NCBI GenBank assembly: GCA_017512025.1
Contig: JAFWHH010000008.1
Span: 258,606 to 322,605, forward strand
Direction of reading: 5' to 3'
Length of the DNA stretch: 64,000 bases
Source: Clostridia bacterium
GTDB lineage: Bacteria > Bacillota > Clostridia > TANB77 > CAG-508
The translations under genes were made by a program, and so were the position numbers. Below the pieces are notes generated by a model that saw only the letters and a program-made list of their open reading frames with translations, searched no databases and was not told the DNA's origin. Shown in pieces: positions 40,138 to 50,429 of this stretch. The number at the start of each line of letters is the position of its first letter. Within the stretch, counting starts at the first letter, position 1.

Positions 40138-41046
40138 TTACTCAAAAATTAATGTACTTCCAATCATTCCAGCATCATTCCCGAAGCTTGCCATTACTAA
40201 TTCTGGACAATCTTCTTTGTAGAATAAATCTTTTGAATTCTTGAATGTTTCTTTTAATTTATCAAATAGAATATCTTCATACTTAACAAATCCGCCACCT
40301 AAGCATACAACTTGTGGCTCTAATATATTAACTAAATTTGTTAATCCAACAGCAATGTACTTTACAAATTCATCGATAGATTTTTGTACTTCTTCTGAGT
40401 TGATGTTTGCTCTTATAATATCACGAAGCTCTCCTCCATCTACAGACTCCTCTAGGTTTAACTTTTCTCTGATATCTCTTTTAAAGTGTCTCATAGATGC
40501 ATATCTTTCATAGCATCCTCTTCCGCCACATTTACATTCTTTTCCATCTTTAACGATTACCATATGACCCACTTCAAATCCAGCACATCTCTTAGGCTCT
40601 ATTAATTTACCATCAAAGAAAGCAGCACCACCAATTCCAGTGCCAAGACACATGAATATACAGTCATCATAATCTTTAAGGCTTCCCCATTTTTTCTCTG
40701 CAAGTGCAGCACACTTTGCATCATTCATTACTTTAACTTTCATGTCTGGAAAACGCTTTTGGATTTCTTCACCAATTTTAAAATTCTCAATTCCAAGATT
40801 AACACTACTAACAATTTCGTTATTACGTATTACACCTGGTGCACCAATACCAATTTCATGTATTTCAATATTTTCGTTTTCTTTCCAATCAATTAAAACT
40901 GAAATAATTCCTTCAAGAATAAACTCTTCCATTGTATCTTCAGTTTTATCATTTATATATTTTTCATGTATTTTAACAATTTCACCATTAGAGTTTACTA
41001 ATCCAACTCCAACGTGACTTCCTCCTATATCAACACCAACTCTCAT
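40138..41046 (-). CDS. ROK-family glucokinase
   Basis: MRVGVDIGGSHVGVGLV ATP-binding N-terminus and the ROK zinc motif CKCGGRGCYE. Confidence 0.8.
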   Translation of the reverse strand: MRVGVDIGGSHVGVGLVNSNGEIVKIHEKYINDKTEDTMEEFILEGIISVLIDWKENENIEIHEIGIGAPGVIRNNEIVSSVNLGIENFKIGEEIQKRFPDMKVKVMNDAKCAALAEKKWGSLKDYDDCIFMCLGTGIGGAAFFDGKLIEPKRCAGFEVGHMVIVKDGKECKCGGRGCYERYASMRHFKRDIREKLNLEESVDGGELRDIIRANINSEEVQKSIDEFVKYIAVGLTNLVNILEPQVVCLGGGFVKYEDILFDKLKETFKNSKDLFYKEDCPELVMASFGNDAGMIGSTLIFE

Positions 41047-41063
41047 AATCTATTTCATCCTTC

Positions 41064-41255
41064 TTATTTTGTAGAATTTGTAAGTTCAATTACAATATTA
41101 TTTTCATATTGTTGTTTAGCTCTTTCCTCTTTCCATTGTTGAATAAGACCATTTTCTCCAATCATTACTCTGATAGTCATTGCTGCTATAATTAATATTG
41201 CTAAAACTAGTACAACAATTCTAACACGAGTGATTCCTTTTTCACTTCTAAACAT
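41064..41255 (-). CDS. Small single-TM protein (pilin-like GENGLI motif, not a clear prepilin)
   Basis: 63 aa. Hydrophobic VRIVVLVLAILIIAAMTI followed by GENGLIQQ. Confidence 0.4.
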   Translation of the reverse strand: MFRSEKGITRVRIVVLVLAILIIAAMTIRVMIGENGLIQQWKEERAKQQYENNIVIELTNSTK

Positions 41256-41266
41256 ATTATCACCTC

Positions 41267-42085
41267 TTATATTATATATTTTTCAATTATATTCATCATG
41301 TATTTAGCAGATGTCTTTGGCGCTACCTTTCCTGGTATTCCAAGATATTGAATAACCTTAAAACCATTTTCTTTTGCAAAAACAAAATCAATACCCCCTG
41401 GTTTAGATGCAACATCAATTATTAAAGTTTCTTTATTAATGAATTTAAATAAATCTTTATTAATAACCAGTGCTGGTACAGTATTTACAATAACATCCAT
41501 ATTTTCAATATAATTATTTAAACTATTGAGTACATTATACCCTCTAGATTCAATATTTGCAACCTCATGTTTATTTATATCGTAGCAATAAATATTAGCA
41601 TTTAATTTACTAAGTAATTCTGATGCTTTCTTACCAATATTACCAAATCCAATTATTAAGATATTGCTATTATCAATTGTTATATCCGTATTTTCAATTA
41701 TACATTTAATAATTCCTTCAGCTGTTGGTATTGCATTATTAATAATAAAGTCTTTTTCTTTTAAAATATCAATCACTAAGTTATTATTTTTCTCTAAAAT
41801 AAATCTTGTATTATTGTCTATTTTCCCTGCAAAAATAATTTTGTTTTTAACATCTTTTACACATTCTTTAATCTGTATTTCTCCATCAAATAAAGGTGTA
41901 TATAAATTCTTTTCATCTTTTGAAAATGGAATTGGAAAAACTATATAATTACACTCTAAACAATTATATAAATTGCTTCCATTTTTGCTATCTAATCCAC
42001 AATTTAATACCATTCCTTTTTCTTCTAACATTCTGGATAAAAAAATGTTTCTGTAATCTCCGCCAATACATGCAAAACTTTTCAT
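41267..42085 (-). CDS. dpaA: Dipicolinate synthase subunit A-like protein
   Basis: Start set at MKSFACIGGDYRN (RBS AGGAGG). IPTAEGIIKCIIENTDITI, GFGNIGKKAS (Rossmann) and LGIPGKVAPKT align with my recollection of B. subtilis SpoVFA. Confidence 0.7.
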   Translation of the reverse strand: MKSFACIGGDYRNIFLSRMLEEKGMVLNCGLDSKNGSNLYNCLECNYIVFPIPFSKDEKNLYTPLFDGEIQIKECVKDVKNKIIFAGKIDNNTRFILEKNNNLVIDILKEKDFIINNAIPTAEGIIKCIIENTDITIDNSNILIIGFGNIGKKASELLSKLNANIYCYDINKHEVANIESRGYNVLNSLNNYIENMDVIVNTVPALVINKDLFKFINKETLIIDVASKPGGIDFVFAKENGFKVIQYLGIPGKVAPKTSAKYMMNIIEKYII

Positions 42086-42159
42086 AAAACCTCCTAAAGA
42101 ATAAAATAGTTTATTAAATAAAAAATAGACCATTACTGGTCTATTCTTATCTTATTCAT

Positions 42160-43377
42160 TTAGAATCTAAAAAGTCCATTACGATCTATGAAGTCTTTTT
42201 CAGCTCTCTCTTTAACTTTTTTAGCTCTCCAATCTTCCATATCAACAGTTCTTCCATTGTTAGTCATTTTGCTAACTAATGCAAACATTTCTTCCAAATG
42301 TCTTCTTGTTCTGAACTCTTGCTTTGTTAAATCGTTTCTACGTATTTTACTTTTTCCACTTCTTATTTCCTTCATAACTGGAGCAAATATCTCTTGTCTG
42401 CTAACTCTCTTATACATTCTTTTATCAAGCTCAATTGCTATATTTGCATAACCAACAGCTCTGTCTCTGTCACCCTTTAACATATAAATTATTGATAAAT
42501 AAAAATATGCATCCGGCTCAGAATACTTGTCTATCATACAATCTAAGAATGTTTGCTCAGCTTCCTCAAGCTCTCCTTGTAACATCATAATTTGAGCAAT
42601 GCTCATCTTTGGATGGAAAGCATCTGAATTAATTTGAGCAGCCTTTTCATAGTACTCTCTGGCTGTTTGGAAATCATTTAATCTTGTATAAACCATTCCA
42701 AGTCCATAATATAACTCATATATATCTGGATTGTATTTTAGTGCTTGTAAATACACATTTGCAGCTTCTCTAAATTGCTCTTGGTCATACAGAATTAGTC
42801 CAAGTAAATCTGATGCTTTGTAGTACTCAGGCTTTTTATCAATTAATTCTTGTAGCATTTTCTTAGCTTCGTCTTGCTTTTCTATTTGATTAAGTAAAAA
42901 CGCAATCTCATAATATGAATCGTAGTCTTTCTTGTTGTTATCAACAGCAAGCACATATTCATCAATTGCTTCTTCTAACTTGCCCTCTTTCTCATACACC
43001 TCTGCTAAAAGTTTGTGAGAATAATAACTATTTGGATGTTTCTCTATAAATTTAATAAGAATCTTTCTTGCCTGTTCATTTTGACCAAGCTTTAAAAATA
43101 TTTTTGCTTTTGATACAGCAAAAATCTCTGGTAAAAATACTTTCTTAAATTCAAGGCCCACCACAATAAGTGGAATTATTATCGACATAGTATATGTAAT
43201 TCCAAGAAGAACAAAGCTTGTATCTACATCATTACTATAAAGAACGAATCTAATTAAAATTCCTAATACGTTTATAATTAATAAATATAGATAAAGTGTA
43301 TCTTTTTTCTTAAGGAACTTAGATAATAATACTCCAAACATTACAAAGGCAACTGCAAAAAACAATACCTTTTCCAT
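42160..43377 (-). CDS. Membrane-anchored TPR-repeat protein
   Basis: N-terminal TM segments followed by repeated A..YY..A/L...P......LG motifs. Confidence 0.7.
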   Translation of the reverse strand: MEKVLFFAVAFVMFGVLLSKFLKKKDTLYLYLLIINVLGILIRFVLYSNDVDTSFVLLGITYTMSIIIPLIVVGLEFKKVFLPEIFAVSKAKIFLKLGQNEQARKILIKFIEKHPNSYYSHKLLAEVYEKEGKLEEAIDEYVLAVDNNKKDYDSYYEIAFLLNQIEKQDEAKKMLQELIDKKPEYYKASDLLGLILYDQEQFREAANVYLQALKYNPDIYELYYGLGMVYTRLNDFQTAREYYEKAAQINSDAFHPKMSIAQIMMLQGELEEAEQTFLDCMIDKYSEPDAYFYLSIIYMLKGDRDRAVGYANIAIELDKRMYKRVSRQEIFAPVMKEIRSGKSKIRRNDLTKQEFRTRRHLEEMFALVSKMTNNGRTVDMEDWRAKKVKERAEKDFIDRNGLFRF

Positions 43378-43391
43378 GTGAAAAAAGTCTC

Positions 43392-43922
43392 CTATCTTTC
43401 AAATTTTTCTTTATAATTATTAATACATTTCTCAACAATAGCTTCAGCATCTGCTCTTCCAAGCATCTTATCAACTGTAGTTTGTTTTCCTTCAAGTTGT
43501 TTATAAACCTCAAAGAAATGCATTATTTCATCTAATAATTGTGTTGGTAATTCAGATAAATCTTTAAATCCATTTAAGTATGGATCATTGACTGGAATAC
43601 AGATAATCTTTTCATCCTCTTCACCATTATCTACCATTTTTAATACACCAATTGGATATGCTTCAACTAATGTTAGTGGAACAATTTCCTCATGACATAA
43701 AACCACAACATCAAGTGGATCGCTATCACCAGCATATGTTCTTGGAATAAATCCATAATTTGCTGGATAATGAGTAGCTGTATATAAAACTCTATCAAGT
43801 TTTAACATACCAGTTTCTTTATCTAGTTCATATTTGTTTCTTCCATTTTTTTGAATTTCAATAACACAAACAAATCTGTCTTTATTAATTCTTTCTCCAT
43901 TTATATCGTGCCATATATTCAT
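43392..43922 (-). CDS. ppa: Inorganic pyrophosphatase (family I)
   Basis: YPANYGFIP and GDSDPLDVVVL motifs. Confidence 0.9.
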   Translation of the reverse strand: MNIWHDINGERINKDRFVCVIEIQKNGRNKYELDKETGMLKLDRVLYTATHYPANYGFIPRTYAGDSDPLDVVVLCHEEIVPLTLVEAYPIGVLKMVDNGEEDEKIICIPVNDPYLNGFKDLSELPTQLLDEIMHFFEVYKQLEGKQTTVDKMLGRADAEAIVEKCINNYKEKFER

Positions 43923-44036
43923 AAAAAGTCCTCCTCATATGTACTTTATCTTGCTTAATTGTATTCTAAAAATGCTAAAAAGTCTAGCTTTTACAAGAAA
44001 TTTCCGTATATTATTTTCATGTCATTTCCTATTAAT

Positions 44037-44066
44037 TTGACATTTACATAATACAGATGATATAAT
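44037..44066 (+). promoter_or_regulatory. Promoter of island H (TTGACA-18-TATAAT)
   Basis: TTGACA at 44037-44042 and TATAAT at 44061-44066. The spacer begins TTTACATAA, the same as the island G promoter. Confidence 0.55.
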
Positions 44067-44132
44067 CATTCCGTTAAACAAGAGCCAAGCGCTCTCTGCC
44101 CGTCAACATATGCCTTGATAAGGAGGATGTTT

Positions 44133-44495
44133 ATGGAAATAACACGGAACCCGTTCAAATCACTTTGTAAGGTGACAAAGGACAACAATACCATTCCCCC
44201 GGAGTTTGCAGTCTGCAGAGTTTTCAAATATATACGATTGATAAAAAATATGTCTCAGCAACAGATTGCAGATGCTAAAACACCGGACGGAAAATGTATC
44301 AGTCAGTCATACATTTCAAAAATTGAACAGATGCAAATCACCCCCACATTTGACACAGCTTTTCTGTTCTGCCAACTGACAAAAATCAATCCTTGTGATT
44401 TTCTTGACTGTGTTGCTAAAACTATGAACATGACAAATCTTCAGGCTGCCGAATATATTGGCAAAAAGATTATGAAGATTTTAATGGAAGAATAA
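44133..44495 (+). CDS. Island H: XRE/Cro-type HTH protein
   Basis: RBS AAGGAGG lies 5 nt upstream. IRLIKNMSQQQIADAKTPDGKCISQSYISKIEQ resembles an HTH_XRE domain with an insertion. GC-richer than the flanks. Confidence 0.6.
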   Translation: MEITRNPFKSLCKVTKDNNTIPPEFAVCRVFKYIRLIKNMSQQQIADAKTPDGKCISQSYISKIEQMQITPTFDTAFLFCQLTKINPCDFLDCVAKTMNMTNLQAAEYIGKKIMKILMEE

Positions 44496-44520
44496 CCCGG
44501 CAACAATCACATAGGATTCC

Positions 44521-44558
44521 AAAAAAGAGATTCGGTACAACTGGCCGAATCTCTTTTT
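44521..44558. terminator. Bidirectional terminator shared by island H gene and dnaJ
   Basis: GAGATTCGG-9 nt-CCGAATCTC with A6 on the left and T5 on the right. Confidence 0.8.
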
Positions 44559-44574
44559 GGTTCTATAATTATTA

Positions 44575-45717
44575 TTAAAAACCAAATATATTCTTTTTCT
44601 TAATAGGTGGTTGTTCGTTCATAGTCTTAGCAAGTTCATTTAAGATATCTCTTTGTTCCTTGCTTAAATGCTTTGGAACTTGAACTTGAACTGTGAATAC
44701 GAAGTTACCTTGACTTGCTGCATTTACAGTCTTGAAGCCTTTACCTCTTATAGTAAATTTAGTACCTGTTTGTGTTCCTTCTGGTATTTGATATGTTTCT
44801 TTTGAACCATCTACCATTGGTATTTCTAGATTTGCTCCTAAAGTTGCTTGAGTAAATGTAATTGGAACTGTACATACTACATCATTTCCATTTCTTGTGA
44901 ATATGCCATGTTTCTTTACTCTTATTAAGATGTATAAATCACCTTTAGCTCCACCTCTAGATCCAGCTTCACCTTCACCTCTTAATACTATTGTTTGACC
45001 ATCATCGATACCTGCAGGAATCTTAATTTTAATCTTAGCTTGTTTTCTAATCTTTCCTCTTCCTTTACATACATCGCATGGTTGTTTAATAATTTTACCT
45101 GTACCACCACAAGTACCACAAGTTCTTGTAGTTTGCATTTGTCCAAGTAGTGTATTTTGTATTTGTCTAACTTGACCTGTTCCGTTACAAACATTACATT
45201 TGTCTATAACTGTACCAGGTTTTGCACCATTTCCTCCACATGTTGTACATGTTTCATTTCTTGTGATAATGACTTCTTTTTCTACTCCTAAGAAAGATTC
45301 TTCAAATGTAATATCTATTGTGCTCTTAACATCTGCACCTTGAACAGGTCCATTGTTATTCTTTCTTGATCTACCTCCAAAACCACCACCAAAGAATGAT
45401 GAGAAAATATCGCCTATATCTCCAAAATCTGAGAAACCATCAAAGCCTGTAGAATAGTATCCACCTGCTCCTCCGCCTCCAAATCCTTGAGGGCCATCTG
45501 GTCCAAATTGATCATACATTTTTCTCTTCTGAGGATCTGATAATGTCTCGTATGCTTCATTTATTTCTTTAAATTTCTTTTCAGCTTCTTCCTTATTGTC
45601 AGGATTTGCATCTGGATGGTATTGCTTTGCAAGTTTTCTAAATGCTTTTTTTAATTCATCGTCAGTTGCAGTTTTGCTTACTCCAAGTACTTCATAATAA
45701 TCTCTTTTATCTGACAT
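44575..45717 (-). CDS. dnaJ: Molecular chaperone DnaJ
   Basis: J domain with HPD, a G/F region and four CxxCxGxG repeats. Confidence 0.95.
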   Translation of the reverse strand: MSDKRDYYEVLGVSKTATDDELKKAFRKLAKQYHPDANPDNKEEAEKKFKEINEAYETLSDPQKRKMYDQFGPDGPQGFGGGGAGGYYSTGFDGFSDFGDIGDIFSSFFGGGFGGRSRKNNNGPVQGADVKSTIDITFEESFLGVEKEVIITRNETCTTCGGNGAKPGTVIDKCNVCNGTGQVRQIQNTLLGQMQTTRTCGTCGGTGKIIKQPCDVCKGRGKIRKQAKIKIKIPAGIDDGQTIVLRGEGEAGSRGGAKGDLYILIRVKKHGIFTRNGNDVVCTVPITFTQATLGANLEIPMVDGSKETYQIPEGTQTGTKFTIRGKGFKTVNAASQGNFVFTVQVQVPKHLSKEQRDILNELAKTMNEQPPIKKKNIFGF

Positions 45718-45784
45718 TTTCTATTTTCCTTTCCGAAAAGTTAAAGTATGAGGTTGGATTTTCTCCAACCTCGATTGTACTTAA

Positions 45785-47650
<1,866 letters not shown>

Positions 47651-47754
47651 TTAAATTTTGTGGACTTAAATTTTAAGTTTTTTACGTCCTTGTTATCTAT
47701 TATTTTTGTAATCTTTTGTTTTTATATAAACTAATATTATCTATTAGTAAATAA

Positions 47755-48270
47755 CTAATTTGCTACAACAACCAAAGAATGTCTTATAACTTTGTCTCCA
47801 ATCATATAACCTTTTCTGTACTCTTCTTTAATTTCTTGTACTCCAAGATTATCATCTTGAACTGATGTTATTGCCTCATGAAGCTCTGGATTAAATGTTT
47901 GACCAACTGATTCAATCTCCTTAACTCCATTTGACTCTAAAACATCTTTAAATTGTTTTAAAACAAGTTCAATTCCTTGTTTAAATTCTTGATCTTCTGT
48001 CTTTGTTTGTACTGCTTTTTCTAAGTTGTCTATTATTGGTAAAAAAGATGTAATTATATCTCCGATTATAGAGTTATATAAGTTTTCTCTTTCTTTGCTA
48101 CTTCTTTTTTTGAAGTTTTCAAATTCTGCAATTAAACGTTTTATACGATCATCTTTTTCTTCGATTTCTTGTTTTTGAGTTTCTATTAAAACTTTTATTT
48201 TTTCGACATCATTTTTGTTAATTTCTTCATTTAATTCTTCGTTTACTTCGCTGTTTTCGATATCGTCCAT
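47755..48270 (-). CDS. grpE: Nucleotide exchange factor GrpE
   Basis: Position between hrcA and dnaK. FENFKKR... and a C-terminal beta domain ...GYMIGDKVIRHSLVVV. Confidence 0.9.
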   Translation of the reverse strand: MDDIENSEVNEELNEEINKNDVEKIKVLIETQKQEIEEKDDRIKRLIAEFENFKKRSSKERENLYNSIIGDIITSFLPIIDNLEKAVQTKTEDQEFKQGIELVLKQFKDVLESNGVKEIESVGQTFNPELHEAITSVQDDNLGVQEIKEEYRKGYMIGDKVIRHSLVVVAN

Positions 48271-49274
48271 TATAAACCTCCTTGATCTATCAATTTTTGT
48301 ATATATCTCATTACTGAAATAACTTTAGAATAATTCATTCTCTTTGGTCCGATAATACCGATGGTACCCATCTCTTTATCATCACCTTTAAGAGTTACGA
48401 TGCTAAAGTCCTTTAAGTTTTCATCGTCAAGTTCATCTCCGATATATACGTGTATATCATTTGATAAATCATTATCAAGTAGGTCAACAACTTCCGTTTT
48501 GCTTTCCAATATGTTCATGAAATTTCTTGCTGTTTCAGCTTTGCTAAGTTCCGGTAAATCAAATGATTTATTTGTACCTTCTAAATAAAGCTTAGATTCT
48601 TCATTAATAACTTTATTTAACTGCTCTATGATTGTTTTAATCATATTCGCTGAAGCTTCCATTTCGTTAAAGATATACTCTTCAATTGGAACATCAATTT
48701 GATCAAGTGGTTTTCCTTTTAACTTGCTATTGAATAGTAAGTTAATTGTTTGAATTTGATCTTCGTATATATCCTCTTCGAAGTTTATGATTGTTTCTTT
48801 AATCATACCTTCATTAGTAAGAATTATTGCCATAAGCATTCTGTTGCCAAGCAATATAAATTTAATCTCTTGAATAATTTGTTTTGCGACTTTAGGTCCA
48901 ATCGCAACTGTTGTGTAATGGGTTACTTCTGATAATGTATTAGTTGCAATTTTCATTAAATCTTCAATTTGATTAACTTTTGTTTGTAACTTGTCTTTGA
49001 TGTATTTGATTTCATCAAGACTGATATTATCTTCTTTTAATAACTCATCTACATATAGTCTATAACCTTTTACAGATGGTATTCTTCCGCTAGATGTATG
49101 AGTTTTTTCAAGGTATCCTCCTTTTTCAAGCTCAGACATTTCGTTTCTGATTGTAGCACTACTATAATCTAAGCCTTTTTTCTTAGAAATACTACCAGAG
49201 CTAACTGGCTCTGCAGTGCTAACATACTCATCTACAATAGCTTGTAGAATGCGTTTTTTTCTATCATCTAACAA
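48270..49274 (-). CDS. hrcA: Heat-inducible transcription repressor HrcA
   Basis: LDDRKKRILQAIVDEYVSTAEPVSS N-terminus. Start moved to the TTG at 49274 (RBS AAGGTG 6 nt upstream), or possibly the GTG at 49283, because the ORF-track ATG at 49340 lies upstream of the CIRCE operator. Confidence 0.85.
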   Translation of the reverse strand: MLDDRKKRILQAIVDEYVSTAEPVSSGSISKKKGLDYSSATIRNEMSELEKGGYLEKTHTSSGRIPSVKGYRLYVDELLKEDNISLDEIKYIKDKLQTKVNQIEDLMKIATNTLSEVTHYTTVAIGPKVAKQIIQEIKFILLGNRMLMAIILTNEGMIKETIINFEEDIYEDQIQTINLLFNSKLKGKPLDQIDVPIEEYIFNEMEASANMIKTIIEQLNKVINEESKLYLEGTNKSFDLPELSKAETARNFMNILESKTEVVDLLDNDLSNDIHVYIGDELDDENLKDFSIVTLKGDDKEMGTIGIIGPKRMNYSKVISVMRYIQKLIDQGGL

Positions 49275-49291
49275 TTTATTCACCTTCTTTT

Positions 49292-49318
49292 TTAGCACTC
49301 TTTCTTGTTGACTGCTAA
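49292..49318. promoter_or_regulatory. CIRCE operator (HrcA binding site)
   Basis: TTAGCACTC-N9-GACTGCTAA, one mismatch to the TTAGCACTC-N9-GAGTGCTAA consensus. Lies just upstream of hrcA, with a TTGACA-type promoter at about 49330-49360 on the minus strand. Confidence 0.85.
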
Positions 49319-49448
49319 ACTGTGTATATATTATATCCAAAAGGATGGATTGTCAATACTAAATTTAAGTATTTTTGTGAATTTTTTGTGAAATAAAAAA
49401 ACACCCCTTTCTAATGCTTACATGCATCAAAAAAGGGTATCTTCCGGC

Positions 49449-50167
49449 TTACAGATTTCTTTCGCCGTACGGGTATCCAGCATAAACTACGTTATCCATG
49501 GGAATAATCAGTGCGGGCATATCCTTGATTGTCGAAATAAGGTTTGCATTGAAGCCATCAACGAGTACGTTATTTGCTGTTACTGTTACCGGCTTAATCA
49601 AATATCCATATTGTGCAACATCTTCAAGCATACGCATGTACGAGCCACCTTTTATCTCCCCAATTCGATAATTGACCCATATGCTCCTGGGACTGCTGTC
49701 AGCGAGCCACGCTGCAGGCAAACTTGGTATATCGCCTTTTCTTCTCTTCTCTTGCTTTGCCAAAAGCGCCGCTCTAAACTTTTCCAATAAATCTTGATTC
49801 CCCGTTCTAATTACTTCCTGATATACTTTCAGGAATTCATAAAACTCATCTTCGAACATATTTCCCTTTCGGGAATTACACGCCGTACAAGCCGGCCGCA
49901 AATTGTTCGTAATGGTCGGACCACCAAAGTCCTGCGGAATTAAATGATCCATTGAAATTTTAGAAAAGTACGCCTGGTTATTGCACTGAGTTTCGTGACT
50001 TCTCAGTTTCCGGTGACAGAAATAACATTCATCGTCGCCAAAAATCTTGTATGTAAGTGCATACATAACATCTTTGAAATCACCCTTTTTATAGAGATAG
50101 AGCGTATCACCTTTGACTTCAGCAGAATCACCAATCACAAAGTCATCGCCTGGAAGTAGTATCTCCA
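49449..50167 (-). CDS. Island I: HNH endonuclease domain protein with C-terminal ParB/Srx-like region
   Basis: RBS GGGAGGAA lies 5 nt before the ATG at complement 50165-50167 (MEILLPGDDF...). HNH core CYFCHRKL...DHLIPQDFGGPTITNNLRPACTACNSRKGN. The C-terminal ...LIKPVTVTANNVLVDGFNA resembles a ParB N-terminal fold lacking DGHHR. Clearly GC-richer than the neighbours. Confidence 0.65.
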
Positions 50168-50229
50168 TGTTGATTCCTCCCCTCATCAATGTACTACATT
50201 CATGAATTTTCTACCGCTTCCTAGAAGCA

Positions 50230-50257
50230 ATTTTAACATATAAAAAAGTAGAGTCAA
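50230..50257 (-). promoter_or_regulatory. Promoter of island I (TTGACT-16-TAAAAT) followed by two palindromes
   Basis: Minus strand reads TTGACT (50257-50252) and TAAAAT (50235-50230). Downstream are GCTTCTAGGAAGC and TCATGAATGTA-G-TACATTGATGA. Confidence 0.45.
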
Positions 50258-50271
50258 TAAAAACTTACAAC

Positions 50272-50429
50272 TTGATACATTTTTTACCATGTGGTACAAT
50301 AATAATGTATACAATTTATGTATTGGAGCTTATTCCACGAATTAAGTTATTGAACCAGTTTTACTGGTAGATTGTATACAAACTTAAGGGACTTCGTTCC
50401 CTTAAGTATTTATTTTAGGAGAGTATATT
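50272..50429 (+). promoter_or_regulatory. Promoter plus structured leader with intrinsic terminator upstream of the Thg1-like gene (candidate riboswitch/attenuator)
   Basis: TTGATA (50272-50277), 17-nt spacer, TGgTACAAT (50292-50300). 10-bp P1 TGTATACAAT (50306-15) pairs with ATTGTATACA (50371-80). It encloses hairpins TGGA/TCCA and ACCAGT/ACTGGT. A terminator CTTAAGGGA-6 nt-TCCCTTAAG plus TATTTATTTT lies at 50383-50416, followed by the RBS AGGAGAG. Confidence 0.5.

Noticed and set aside
33037-44051. Exactly 11,000-bp offset between the identical promoter segments of islands G (33037) and H (44037)
   Set aside because: No other features repeat at this period. It is treated as coincidence.
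49275-49340. N-terminal extension of hrcA to the ATG at 49340
   Set aside because: The extension would translate through the CIRCE operator at 49292-49318. The conserved HrcA N-terminus (LDDRKKRILQAIV) starts just after a TTG/GTG with an RBS.
49422-49790. 122-aa plus-strand ORF opposite the HNH gene
   Set aside because: It is antisense to an ORF with a clear HNH motif and RBS, and it has no translation signals of its own.
50306-50380. Possibility that the TLP leader is a purine-type riboswitch or a tRNA-like substrate mimic
   Set aside because: The architecture (P1 plus two hairpins) is superficially similar. However, the conserved purine-riboswitch junction and loop nucleotides and the 7-nt kissing loops are absent. 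There are no D/T-loop or acceptor-CCA features. It is kept only as an unclassified structured leader.
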